NCBI RefSeq assembly: GCF_006345805.1
Contig: NC_043019.1
Span: 14,569,360 to 14,633,359, forward strand
Reading direction: 5' to 3'
DNA from: Octopus sinensis
Lineage: Eukaryota
Length of the DNA: 64,000 nucleotides
Shown piece after piece: positions 1 to 12,355 of this stretch. Under the pieces are notes generated by a model. It was not told the origin of the DNA. It worked only from the letters and a program-made list of their open reading frames with translations, and made no database searches. Each line of letters opens with the position of its first letter. Positions within the stretch are counted from its first letter, which is position 1. Position numbers and translations under genes: made by a program.

Positions 1-759
1 CACCTAGGGCACACAAGGGCATTGTATGCATTCCCAGATTACACATGCAAATTCACAGGTAAAATATGTATTTTAAAAAAATAAATAAATAAATAAATTC
101 ACGAATGGATGTTGTTTTCACAGCGATTATGCTCTTCTCAGTACATAAGTTGTTCCAGTTAACACGATTTTTTGCACTTCCTGTAGAGATGGTATCTTTT
201 TCAAATAGGTTTCAGTACCTTTTTTCATCATTCTTAGAGATCCTACTATCACCAGTACTGTAATCGCCTTGAGATGCCACATTTTCTTAATTTATTATTA
301 TTATTATATAGACATAAATGCAGATATATATTTTACACACACATCGCTCCAGTTCACTTATCTATAGAAATGAATTGCAATGTCACTGGTGCCAAGCTGT
401 ATCGGCCTTTGCCTTTTCTTTGGATAACATCAGTGGCGCAAGGAGTGGAGGCTGGTATGCATGGGTGACTGCTGGTCTTCCATTAACAACCTTGCCCAGA
501 CTTGAGCCTCAGAGGGGGGAACTCTCTAGGTGCAATCCCATAGCCATTCAGGACAAAAACTATATAATTGATGTGAGAGATAGTAACAATCCTATAGATG
601 AAAGTATATTTCACTTGATATATATAAATAAGGGTCCTCTGTGTGTAAGCCAAACTATGTTGAAGGGAAGATAGGGTTGAGCAAGTGTTTTATCTGGTGT
701 CATGCTGGAGCACCGCCATTCTAAAACACCTCACCTCCCTAAGAAGTTTCACTTCCTAC

Positions 760-1358
760 ACAGCTATTGCCTTTGAAAACAACGCCCCGACTGGCCTCTG
801 TGCACGTGGCACGTAAAAAGCACCATCCGATCGTGGCCATTGCCAGCCTCGTCTGGCACCTGTGCCGGTGGCACGTAAAATGCACCATCCGATCGTGGCC
901 ATTGCCAGCCTCGTCTGGCCCCTGTGCCGGTGGCACGTAAAAGGCACCATCTGATCGTGGCCATTGCCAGCCTCGTCTGGCCCCTGTGCCGGTGGCACGT
1001 AAAAGGCACCACCTGATCGTGGCCATTGCCAGCCTCGTCTGGCACCTGTGCCGGTGGCACGTAAAATGCACCATCCGATCGTGGCCATTGCCAGCCTCGT
1101 CTGGTCCCTGTGCCGGTGGCACGTAAAAGGCACCATCTGATCGTGGCCATTGCCAGCCTCGTCTGGCACCTGTGCCGGTGGCACGTAAAAAGCACCCACT
1201 ACACTCTCGGTGTGGTTGGCGTTAGGAAGGGCATCCAGCCGTAGAAACACTGCCAGATCAGACTGGGCCTGGTACAGCCTTCTGGCTTCCCAGACCCCAG
1301 TTGAACCGTCCAACCCATGCTAGCATGGAAAGCGGACGTTAAACGATGATGATGATGA
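760..1358 (+). mobile_element. 5'-truncated RTE-family LINE 3' end containing a 62-bp tandem array and a (GAT)n tail
   Basis: The unit GTGGCACGTAAAA... starts at 806, 868, 930, 992, 1054, 1116 and 1178 (62-bp period). It is followed by ...GCATGGAAAGCGGACGTTAAACGATGATGATGAT, the same terminus that is attached to RT-coding RTE copies at 35009, 51479 and 63073. Confidence 0.85.
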
Positions 1359-1689
1359 TAGCTTTCTTTAATGATAATCCTATTAACTCTTTACTTCCTT
1401 TCCGGGTGTGTATCATTCTACCTGTTACCATTTCATTACTTTCCTTAAACTCTTCTTACTCCCTTTTTTTTATCAGTGTCTAAATAAATGTCACTCATCT
1501 TCACTGTGGCCACTCCTAAAGAGTTCTGATTTAGGTGGAGATACTGTGTAACTCAAATAATCGGGGTTGGTCATGGCCATTCAGTCAAGTACTTATCATA
1601 CACCCACCATCCCAAAAATGATTTGACTTTCATCTTCTTCAGAGTTTGATAAAATATGCAAAGTATGAAACCTATATATATATATATAT

Positions 1690-1998
1690 CACCGTGATCA
1701 CCATGACCGACCAGGCTATCAGATGTTGCTACACATCGCTGGTCACAATGCGCTTTGCATTGTTTTGGCCTTCAAATGACGCCACCCTGCTGGCTAAGCG
1801 AACAGGCCAACAGAAGAAAGTGTGAGAGAAAGCTGTGGCGAAAGAGTACAGTAGGGATCGCCACCACCCCCTGCCGCAGCCTCGTGGAGTTTTAGGTGTT
1901 TTCGCTCAATAAACACTCACAATGCCCGGTCTGGGAATCGAAACCGCGATCCTACAACCATGAATCCACTGCCCTAACCACTGGACCATTGCACCTCC
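1690..1998 (-). mobile_element. tRNA-derived SINE (second family)
   Basis: The reverse strand has a box A-like CAGTGGTTAGGGC and box B-like GGTTTCGATTCCC head and ends in a simple-repeat tail. Confidence 0.65.
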
Positions 1999-2333
1999 AC
2001 ATATATATATTAGCAGACATGTACAGTATTATATATCCATTATGGCCAATCTTATCAATCAGTTTCACACTAGAGGTTCAATGGAGTATTAGGTAACAAC
2101 CCGATTATGTAACCCTGCACTCTTCAGAGATGGCGGAGGGAATCAGATAATCCAGGTGTTTACTTCAGGCAGCACCCTGCAATGTGTATCTCGGTGTGTT
2201 TACACCTTATCTGTCTACAGAGAGTAATCTCAAGCATATTTAAACAAGTAACAAGTTTGTATCATCACCATCATCATTTAACTTCCATTTATATATATTC
2301 TATCCATCTATCATATATATATATATATATATA

Positions 2334-2709
2334 TACTCTTACTCTTTTACATGTTTCAGTCATTTGACTGTGGCCATGCTGGAGCACCGCCTTTAGTCGA
2401 GCAAATCGATCCCGGGACTTATTCTTTGTAAGCCCAGTACTTATTCTATCGGTCTCTTTTGCCGAACCGCTAAGTGACGGGGACGTAAACACACCAGCAT
2501 CAGTTGTCAAGCAATGCTAGGGGGACAAACACAGATATACATATATACGACGGGCTTCTTTCAGTTTCCGTCTACCAAATCCACTCACAAGGCTTTGGTC
2601 GGCCCGAGGCTATAGTAGAAGACACTTGCCCAAGGTGCCACGCAGTGGGACTGAACCCGGAACCATGTGGCTGGTTAGCAAGCTACTTACCACACAGCCA
2701 CTCCTGCGC
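2334..2709 (-). mobile_element. ~390-bp tRNA-derived SINE (major family)
   Basis: Head GCGCAGGAGTGGCTGTGTGGTAAG...GGTTCAGTCCC and an AAAGAGT-type tail; near-identical to copies at 7641, 14745 and 38298. Confidence 0.85.
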
Positions 2710-2728
2710 TATATATATATATATATAT

Positions 2729-2797
<69 letters not shown>
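2709..2797. repeat. (TA)n microsatellite
   Basis: Nearly pure TA tract abutting the SINE head. Confidence 0.95.
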
Positions 2798-2798
<1 letters not shown>

Positions 2799-5053
2799 TC
2801 TCAATGTTGTACAGTAATACTGAATTCAGAGCTAGACAAGTGTGAAACGAACTAAAATTAAGACTGCAGTGATGGACTCAGGTCAAGCCAATCCTTGTGA
2901 ACGTAAGGAAGCAGATGGAGACTGAGTGGAAGCTCAATGGATTGACAATGTATCTATTATTCTATGGCCCAGCCTCATCACAGATTGTGTTTAGGAAACT
3001 ACAAGACTGAGTACAAATGTCTACGGGATACTCAAGCATTTTTACATTATAATGAACTCGAGAATGTAGGTCTGCTGAACGAATAACAAGATAAAACTGG
3101 CGAGAGAGGCCATCATAGTATATATATATACATGTAGACGTGTGTGTGTGTGTGTATCATATATATAAAACACATATATATATGTATACACACACGCACA
3201 CAGATGAGTCATAGAACTATTAACAACGCACTAATTGTAGCAGCTGCTGAAGCAAGATACGAGAAAATCAAAATTGATGAAGAAGATGGTGGTGATGATG
3301 AGGAGGAAAATGATGAAATATTTATCAACCACTACACAGCAGCAATCCATAAAAAACGAACATATTTACGAATAGATTACACAACAAAAGGCATCTTTTG
3401 TTTCAGTTTCATTTCACTCTAGGAAATGATGATGAAAAAAAAAAAAAAACGGATGAAAAATAATTACGTGCAGAAAAACTATTTTTCCTTATTTCATCCG
3501 CATCTTTTATAATCTAATCATTAATTTAAATTCATTAAGTGGGGTTCAGATAATAAATCTTTGAGTTGTATGATACGAAACCCTTAAAAGTACGAAAAGT
3601 GAGATATGAATCGGAATTTTAAAATTATCTGTATGGTTTGTCTAATAACCATACATAAAATAGAACTAAATTTATTTATTATCAGAAAAATGTTTAGCAG
3701 TATTTCGTCTGGCTCTTTACGTTCTGAGTTCAAATCCTGCCGAGGTCACCTTTGCCTTTCATTCTCTCTGGGTTGATAAAATTAGGTATCAATCAAGTAA
3801 TGAGGTCGACGTATAATCCCACTCCAAAAGTTCAAGCATTGTGCTATATCAAAAAAACCATTGACTAAATTGTCGCCAGTTTTACTTAATGAGCAAAACC
3901 TATTAAAGTTTTTAATTACGAAACAAGAAACGACCAACATGCACTTTAAGAAAAAAAGAGGCTGTTGAAGAATTAATATTTGAGGTCCATTTTAGCAGCA
4001 AATGTTAGTTGAACTTAATTTAGAAGATAAATACTTTAAATTAATTATGAATATCTTTAAATAATTCGGATTTATTAAAAATCAACGATCTTTCAAGATT
4101 ATTGTAAAATCAACTTCGTAAATTGTCTTAGCATCATCTACGCCTTCATCTGCTTCATGTTTTATCAGATCAATCAAAGATCAATATAATAAACACATGT
4201 GGAGCAACACCAATCAAATAAATCTTCCAATAACGAATGAATGAATAAGGTTTTATGTTTAATTAATTCAGGCAACCGCTTTCAGCCCAGTGGTGTACAC
4301 AAAGAGAATATCGAAATGAATGAGATGACAACTGAACGATTTCATAATTTTTAAAGAAAATCCACAATAGAATTTTATATATATATATTTATGACTTATC
4401 ATTTTTAAATATTACCAATGATAATTTTCCGATTTAAGAATCTGGGATAATACGTTTTATTAATTATATCCAGATGTGTCCACAGTTCAGAAGTTTTACT
4501 GCCGTTTAGCCCGATGTCTTACAGAGCTATTAAATCAACATTACGTTGTTCTATCGAACCCATAAAGATAAAAAGCGAAGTTAACTGAAGCGGGATTTGA
4601 ACTCAGAACATATAGGGCCGTAAGCGAATACTGCAGGCATTTTGTCCGACGTCAAACGATCTTTGCCAATTCATTAACAGACCTAGCACCAAAGGCAATC
4701 TAATTGTGACCATCTCGTTTCTCTCTCTCTCTCTCTCTAAGCGTAACACAAGAATACATTATCCATTCTACTTTTCCTTTTTAAGACAGTAGAGTGAGAT
4801 TTGAAGAATAATTGGCTGCTATTTCCAGCGTGTAGAGGGCTCGATCGTTGACATAAGGTTCGATATCAAATAGTCGAAAACCTTATCTATTCGAGAAGTA
4901 CTTTTGCTTGTTATGGTTTTAATGTTTAAATAAAAAAAAGAAAAGATACTTTGAGTCCACTGAGGTGTTCGTGTAAGAATTTACTTTTCGGCCTCGTCTT
5001 AAGAGTAATTCCACTTTAGGCTTACAAGAAACGAAAAGGAAAAAAGCACTTAC

Positions 5054-5121
5054 CGTTTTCATAAGAATGTTCTTCCTCATCCAATTCAGAATTTACTCGC
5101 GATATAAATTCCATTGTGTCA
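5054..5121 (-). CDS. Candidate internal or first coding exon of an unidentified gene (MEFISRVNSELDEEEHSYEN)
   Basis: Minus-strand cattcAG acceptor and G|GTAAGT donor flank an open acidic peptide. Another donor (TCG|GTAAAT) lies at 5791/5790. No downstream exon was found. Confidence 0.3.
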
Positions 5122-6960
5122 CTGAATGTTTAAGTAAAGTTATTTTAATAGAACAAAATTTCAAATTTTAAGTATTAAGAATACGTTTTATATGAGATAA
5201 AGAAAGAAAGGTTTGAAGTTACTTTGGAGTTTAAATAATTAACATTCAACTACAAACATATATATAGGCGCATGCCTTCAAATCAAAACGAAAATTGCCA
5301 TATATATATTTAGATATACAAAATTATAACACGCGAAATGGCATTAGTCTTTTGTCAAAGACCTCTGCAATGATGACGCGAATTTACAGATTTCTCATGA
5401 GTATTTTACTTCCTGAATACATATATTATATATAATTATAACTGATTTTTTTTTAATACAAGTATCTATACATATTTATCTACAGTATTATAAATTACAG
5501 GCGCAAGGCTCCGTAATCGTTGACACATTCAAAAATAATACACTAACGTCCATGCGTTTTACCGCAAGGGCGATAGCAGTTTGGGATCGAACCCGTACCA
5601 AGAACACATGTTGGCAGGGAGTTTATCTTTTATACTAAGTAACACGCCACACACACACTATGTATTAACCATATTCATTATATCAATTCATATATAAACA
5701 GTGGCAATCTCAGACAAGATAACATCCACAACAGCTAAAATCATTAAGAAAAAAATGAAAATAATAATAATAATAAAGCATGAAATTTACCGATTTATTT
5801 TTAGCAATTTGAAATGAAATCTGGTTCCAAAAATTCAGTACTTAACACGTCAGGGGCATGTCTTCTTCAGCTAAATCTGATGTAGGTACAATTGACGAAT
5901 TCATGAATACAGTATCTTTCTGTCTTCCTCTTACACGCACACATAAATATATACACCTTAATCTCTTTTGTGTATATTTATATACACACGCACAGCATAC
6001 ATGCTGTGTACAGTTTAGTTTTCAACACATTCATAGTAATTAAACTGGTTCACACAGATTAAATATTTAGATAGAAAGAAAGAAAAAGGAACGGGATATT
6101 GTGATGTTGTTCATAGCCTGAAGTAGGTGTTATACGTTATACGTTCATCTCATTTAACATTGATACAGAAAACAGCTACAATTTAATTGAACAAGTTGAT
6201 ACGTGGAGGAGGCGTCGATGTTGCTCTGATCTTCATTAATAAATTTCGTCTATGGTTCCACATATCTGCTAGCATCTTCTGTAATTCCTTCACTCCACTA
6301 AATTGTAAATACCGCAGTGAAGTCAGAAACTGTGATATCATGTATGTGTGTGAGTATATATATTTATGTGTGTGTGTGTATATATATTATACACCGTACA
6401 TACTGACACAATTCTGTAGACAGGTGTGTATAAATAATTGTGTGTAGCCAACCACTATAGTGTGTGTGAATATGTAGTTTTGTGAATGTGGCGCGTACTA
6501 ATATCACGTGACATACTATAACGTCAGTGATTGGTTAATGGTCTCCACCAGAGCTATGAATGATGAGATGTAGATGTATGTATTATGTAATTAATAAATA
6601 AATAAATCGAGCTAAGGGAAATAATTCAAATGGAACACGAATTTGGATGCTTAAATTAGAGGTGATGAACTGTATACTGTCCTCAAAGAATCCTTAATTT
6701 AATTGAAATTTCGTTCTTTATTAGCGAAAGAAAAAAGAACCAGAAGCAATTATTAGTGATTCTAAAATAAAAATGAAAAGGCGGAGATAATTTCAAGAAA
6801 TTAAGGATTAATCTCTCAGAAGTTAATTTGCACGAGATATTTTTCAGGTGTCGTAGAATTATCTCCCCTTCTTCTGGGGGGGGGGTTTGCTAAAAGTTGC
6901 CAGGTTTTTTGTTATGCTTCTCCTACCAAATGGGAAATACTGGAAGTTTTGCTTAACCAG

Positions 6961-7170
6961 TGTCATCATCATCATCATCATCGTTTAACGTCCGTTTTCC
7001 GTGCTAGCACGGGTTGGACGGTTCGAGCGTGGTCTGGGAAGCCAGGGAGCTGCACCAAGCTCCAGTCTGATCTGGCAGTGTTTCTACAGCTGGATGCCCT
7101 TCCTAACGCCAACCACTCCATGAGTGTAGTGGGTACTTTTTACGCGCCACCGGCACAGGTGCCAGGGAGA
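6961..7170 (-). mobile_element. RTE LINE 3'-end fragment
   Basis: Starts (CAT)n CGTTTAACGTCCGTTTTCCGTGCTAGC, the shared RTE tail. Confidence 0.8.
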
Positions 7171-7528
7171 GCTAGCAGTGACCGAGAAAATAATTACATA
7201 CGCTTGCATATATATATATATATATATAGGAAAATGATGTTTCACAAGTGTAACATTACCCCCTTTGATGTTTGGGAATCTCGGATGTTTTTTCGGCTGA
7301 TGAGTACGAGCCATCTATATTTACTGCAATTTTTGTAGCCTTATTAAAGATGTCTTCGTACGAAACAATTGTACCGATATATTGATCCATTCTTGTTGCT
7401 TTTTTCCTATTTGTAATCACCCCACTTTGTCGTATGGTTTACACCATATAGATTTCTGGTGCATCCAATTCAAGTACCATATTCATGTGAATTCAATAGA
7501 ACTCACTTGAATCTTAATTGCTTAAACC

Positions 7529-7640
<112 letters not shown>

Positions 7641-8032
7641 AGGCGCAGGAGTGGCTGTGTGGTAAGTAGCTTTCTTACCAACCACATGGTTCCGGGTTCA
7701 GTCCCACTGCGTGGCACCTTGGGCAATTGTCTTCTACTATAGCCTCGGGACGACCAATGCCTTGTGAGTGGATTTGGTAGACGGAAAGTGAAAGAAGCCT
7801 GTCGTATATATGTATATATATATGTATGTGTGTCTGTGTTTGTCCCCCTAGCATTGCTTGACAACCGATGCTGCTGTGTTTACGTCCCCGTCACTTAGCG
7901 GTTCGGCAAAAGAGACCGATAGAATAAGTACTGGGCTTACAAAGAATAAGCTCTGGGGTCGATTTGCTCAACTAAAGGCGTTGCTCCAGCATGGCCGCAG
8001 TCAAATGACTGAAACAAGTAAGAGTAAAGAGT
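7641..8032 (+). mobile_element. ~390-bp tRNA-derived SINE (major family)
   Basis: Full head with box A/B-like motifs, body and AAAGAGT tail. Confidence 0.85.
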
Positions 8033-8250
8033 AATATATATACACACATACACATATGCACGCACACACACACACACAATAATAACTGTCTCAAATTCAA
8101 CCTGGCTGTTCTGACTTACTCTCAACCTTGCATGTGCATGAGTACACATTGCCATTCATTCATTACCAATGGACATTATATGGTGTTACTTTGGCATGTG
8201 ATCTACAAGGGAGATTATTTTAAGTTTCTTTTTAAATTATTTTGTACCTA

Positions 8251-9513
8251 TTGGGTTGGCAACTAAGTTCCCACCGTTTTTTTTAAATTTTGGAATTTAC
8301 TGCGTTTTTAAATTTTGGAATCTATTTTTTTCGAGAATTCTATTTTTGAATCATTTTTGGAATATATTTTGTTTTTTGGGTTTTTTTCTAGTTAATTTTA
8401 GTTTATTTTCAGATCATTAAAACGGAATGTCAAATTAAGAAAACCAAGCATTTTTGACACCTTCTTTTTGCTTTTAATCAAGTTTCTAAGGCTGCAAAAG
8501 CTGCTCGCGACATTTGTGCTGTGTATGGAGAGGGTGTTGTAGCTGAAAGAACTGCTCGTGATTGGTATGCCAAGTTCAAAAATGGAAATTTTGACCTCAA
8601 AGACACACCTTGTTTTGGCCATCCAGTTGAGTTCGATGAAGAGCGATTAAACCAACTTTTGCATGAAAATTCTCATCAAACGACAAGGGAACTGGTAGAG
8701 AAAATGGAATGCTCCCACACTGCTATAGAGAAGCATCTTCACTCGATGGGAAAGGTTCAGAAGTATGGAGCATGGGTTCTGCATGCTTTAAGTGACAACA
8801 ACAAAAATCAACAAGCCACAATCTCTGCTGGTCTGCTTGCTCGTCACCACTCAACTCATGGACACAAGCAATGATTTCTTTACTGAATTGTTACTGGTGG
8901 TGAAAAATGGTGTCTGTACATCAATATGAAGCAGCGTAAGGAATGGCTTAGCCCCGATAAACAAGCGACACCACGTGTGAAACAAGATCTTCATCCGTGT
9001 AAAACAATGTGCATATGGTGGGACTGGGAAGGGATTATCCATTATGAATTGCTTGCACGGAACCAAACGGTCAACACAGATATCTATGTTCAACGGATGG
9101 AACAGCTCAACACTATTCAAGAGAAATGACCTAACCGGCAGCATGGAGTTCTTCTGCTGCACAACAACGCCCGCCCTCATATTGCCAATATGACCAAAGA
9201 AACCATTCAAATACATGGCTGGAAAGTGCTGCCACGGCGCTCTCCTGATTTGGCACCAACGGATTTCCACCTCTTTCGATCTCTTTCAAATGCTATGCGC
9301 GGAGTTTCATTCAATACTGGTGCAGAATTGAGAGCTTTGTGGTATCTATTTTTCGAGTCGAAATCGGGTGATTTCTACCAACGAGGAATTGAAAATCTTG
9401 TTGAACGTTGGGAAGAAGTTGTAAACAACAAGGGTGAATACATTATTGATAAATTAGTTGTTTTTTTTTATTAAACCTTTTAAAAAACGGTAGGAACTTA
9501 GTTGCCAACCCAA
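8251..9513 (+). mobile_element. Full-length defective mariner DNA transposon (1263 bp)
   Basis: TIRs TTGGGTTGGCAACTAAGTTCC(C/T)ACCGTTTTTT at both ends with TA on the left. Transposase fragments carry GAWVLHAL (WVPHEL-like), IVTGGEKW (TGDEKW-like), LLHNNARPH and SPDLAPTDFHLF motifs, interrupted by stops and frameshifts. Confidence 0.93.
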
Positions 9514-9867
9514 AACTTAGCATTGTAAATGTATTTTTGCAAACTTCTTACTATTTTAATAAGAAAACTGTATAATAATTAAAATCAGTGCATAGATCAC
9601 CCATGAAAGTAAATTTGCTTACATAGATTACACGAAAAGTTACACTAACACAAAGTAAACTAACCTAAAGTTATCTCCCTTTAAATAGTAGATCACATGC
9701 TAAAATGGCACCTTCCTTTTCTTCAGAAATGATTTGAATTTCGTGCTAGTTTCTTTGAAAAAATGTAACTGCCTTTGTCTTGTTGCTGATTACATTGTAA
9801 AAATCTTTAGCCAACATCTTACGGATTTTTAGAAATTGAAAAGTAAACCTGAAAAGTAACCTTGTAG

Positions 9868-10030
9868 ATCACACACCAAAGTAGCATCCTTTAATCAATA
9901 CAAAATGGATCAAGAAATGTTATGGTATGTGATTGGATTTAAATGACAAAAATTCTACAACATTTTTGCCATCTCTTGGTTGCCATGGTAGATTCTGGTG
10001 ACAAGCATTATAAGACAACTGGTACTACTT
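9868..10030. repeat. ~160-bp direct duplication, second copy at 11613-11765
   Basis: ATCACACACCAAAGTAGC...GGTACTACTT is identical in both copies apart from a 10-bp deletion (ATGGTAGATT) in the second. Confidence 0.85.
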
Positions 10031-10232
10031 TGAAACTGAATCTACACATTCATTGCTTATCAGATGACTGTCTGATTCCATAGTTTTATCTCTATGGTAG
10101 GAGAATAATAAGAAACTGCTACTTCTAGAGACCTTTGCTGGTCACTGAAAGGTCAATCCATTGTTTTAGGTTTGACCCACTTCTAGGTTCAGGCAGTGAC
10201 CTGAACAACAACAACAACATCAAAAAATACCT

Positions 10233-10456
10233 ATTTCTTTATTACCCACAAGGGGCTAAACATAGAAGAGACAAACAAGGACAGACGTAGGTATTAAGTC
10301 GATTACATCGACCCCAGTGCGCAACTAGTACTTATTTAATCGACCCCCGAAAGGATGAAAGGCAAAGTCGACCTCGGCGGAATTTGAACTCACAGCGTAA
10401 CGACAGACGAAGTACCGCTAAACATTTCGCCCAGCGTGCTAACGTTTCTGCCAGCT
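10233..10456 (-). mobile_element. tRNA-derived SINE (GGTCGACTTTGCCTTTCATCCTTTCGGGG body) with a 15-bp TSD
   Basis: TSD CATCAAAAAATACCT at 10218-10232 and 10457-10471; head AGCTGGCAGAAACGTTAGC...GAGTTCAAATTCC on the minus strand. Confidence 0.85.
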
Positions 10457-10505
10457 CATCAAAAAATACCTTAGGAATGAGAACCCAGGTTCGAAATTTC
10501 CCCAA

Positions 10506-10551
10506 GACACCTGAAGAAGGCTAGAGGGTATATCAGCCGAAACGTTGTGTT
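10506..10551 (+). ncRNA. Candidate minimal type I hammerhead ribozyme of the Penelope-associated kind
   Basis: GACAC-CUGAAGA-A-GGCU[12 nt]AGCC-GAAAC-GUU-GUGUU: 5-bp helix I, 4-bp helix II, palindromic AACGTT helix III, intact C3-G8, G12, A13 and A14, one extra A after A9, and a GUU cleavage triplet. Confidence 0.6.
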
Positions 10552-10682
10552 AACAACAAACAAGATGAGGACAAATATCCGTCGAATGTAAATAATTCCT
10601 CACCTCTTAGATATAGAACTGTATTATTACACCTACAGTCTCTTAATTTCTCAGATGGATTCATCCTTTAATTTATGCTTGG

Positions 10683-11000
10683 GAAGGCATGTGGCTTAGT
10701 GGTTGAGTTATTCAGCTTATGACCATGAGGTCATGAGTTTGGTCCCCACTGCTGTGTTATGTCCTTGCTCCAGTCACTCAGCTGGCAAAAATAAGTTGCA
10801 CCTGTATTTCAAAGGGACCAGCCTTGTCACATTCTGTGTCATGCTGACTCTCCCTGAAAACTACATTAACAGCATGCATGTCTGTGGAATACTCAGCCAC
10901 TTGCATGTTAATTCCATGAGCAGGCTGTTACATTGGTGGGGGGGGTCAACCGGAACCCTCGTCATTGAAACTGAAGGAGTCGCAGTTTACTTACACCTGC
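10683..11000 (+). mobile_element. tRNA-derived SINE (further family; related copy at ~61935-62225)
   Basis: Head GTGGCTTAGTGGTT...GAGTTTGGTCCC; the body ACCTGTATTTCAAAG...CCTTGTCACA is shared with the 62 kb copy. Confidence 0.65.
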
Positions 11001-11181
11001 CCAACCTGTCCATTTCACAACAAAACATACACAAATGACATTGTTACAATCTTTTTCTTAATTATACCTGTTCTATTTAGAGGATTTAGAAACTGGTTAG
11101 TACTGTTGATATTAGGAGCCCCTGATAGAGCTTTCCCTCTAATAAATACCATAAGATTTTGACTTCTACCCCACTCTTTAA

Positions 11182-11401
11182 CCCTTTTGTTACTAACCCG
11201 GCCAAAACCGGCTCTGGCTCTGTGGTAAAATGTCTTGTTTTCATAAGTTTTTAATTAAAATCTTCCACCAAACCTTAGTCACAATTTACGTTCCTAACAC
11301 TAGCTTAATGATAACGAAGTTATTTTACTAAATTCTTTTTTATATTTAAAATAATTGAAAGAAACACAGAGCATCTCAAGATAAATACAGTAACGAAGGG
11401 G
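11182..11401. mobile_element. piggyBac-like MITE
   Basis: TTAA|CCCTTTTGTTAC ... GTAACGAAGGGG|TTAA: TTAA target duplication and CCC termini. Confidence 0.65.
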
Positions 11402-12355
11402 TTAACATTGTTACTATCATCAGCTGCAGTAGAAAGTGGTATAGGTACTAGATGAACTGTATATCCACCTCTTTAAAGAAATTTAGCCCATAATTTCAAA
11501 GACATAAAAAAGCTTTTCTTTCACCCTTTCATTACTGTATTTATTTTGAGATGCTCTGTGTTTCTTTCAATTACTTTAAATATAAAAAAGAATTTAGTAA
11601 AATAACTTCGTTATCACACACCAAAGTAGCATCCTTTAATCAATACAAAATGGATCAAGAAATGTTATGGTATGTGATTGGATTTAAATGACAAAAATTC
11701 TACAACATTTTTGCCATCTCTTGGTTGCCCTGGTGACAAGCATTATAAGACAACTGGTACTACTTGGAGCTATTAACTGTATCACTACCATCATTAATTT
11801 TTCATTTCCTCTTTTTATTTCCTGAGCACACCTTCAAAAAATACTTTAACCCTACACTAACAACCCCATAAAAAATTTTCAATGCAATGCCCCAGCATGG
11901 CCACAGTCTCATGACTGAAACAAGTAAAAGATAAAAGATAAACACAAATTTTGTAAGAATTCATATAAATACATATGAGAGAATGGATTGATGAGTTTAT
12001 AACAAAGAAGCAAATAGTCAAGGCAGCTGCAATTTGCATCTTGTGACCGTCCAGTGTTATGTCCTTGATAATACACTTAATTCTCAGCATGCCGTTAGCA
12101 GGCACCACAGTGTGTTATAGGTTTACAGCTACAGAGGTAACACTACAAAATTAACAAGTGTCTTTTATTTTTGTTAAATTTCTGTGCTAATTTCAAGTTC
12201 TCTCATCCAGTTTAGGAAACCAATGCCACAAAGAAAAAATTCTTCGCGGTTGTCTCAATGGCTCGACAAGGTTACAGGGATTTATGAAAGCAACTTTGGG
12301 AATAAATTCTGTATTTTTATTGAGGTAAATAAAAATGCTAATTACTCAAACAAGT

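Noticed and set aside
1-674. Possible plus-strand exon ending at 58 (AG|GTAAAA) and ORFs 274-468 and 318-674
   Set aside because: The edge fragment is too short to support, and 330-430 matches a SINE body on the minus strand.
739-1313. Three long overlapping minus-strand ORFs and a CRISPR-like look of hairpin-containing repeats (also at 56140-56520 and 63230-63520)
   Set aside because: The sequences between the conserved cores are homologous to one another rather than unique spacers, there are no cas genes, and the context is a eukaryotic RTE 3' UTR. The ORFs arise from a stop-free 62-bp unit cycling through frames.
3144-3422. Acidic 92-aa ORF (DEEDGGDDEEE)
   Set aside because: Built from degenerate GAT/GAA and TA/CA simple repeats, with no recognisable domain or splice support.
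4080-4390. Short TM-like or acidic peptides on both strands (IIYAFICFMFY; DLIKHEADEGVDD; KENIEMNEM)
   Set aside because: No consistent splice-site or start-codon framework; compatible with chance in AT-rich DNA.
7641-7720. SINE heads with box A/B motifs as tRNA genes
   Set aside because: They lack a complete cloverleaf and are fused to repeated SINE bodies and tails.
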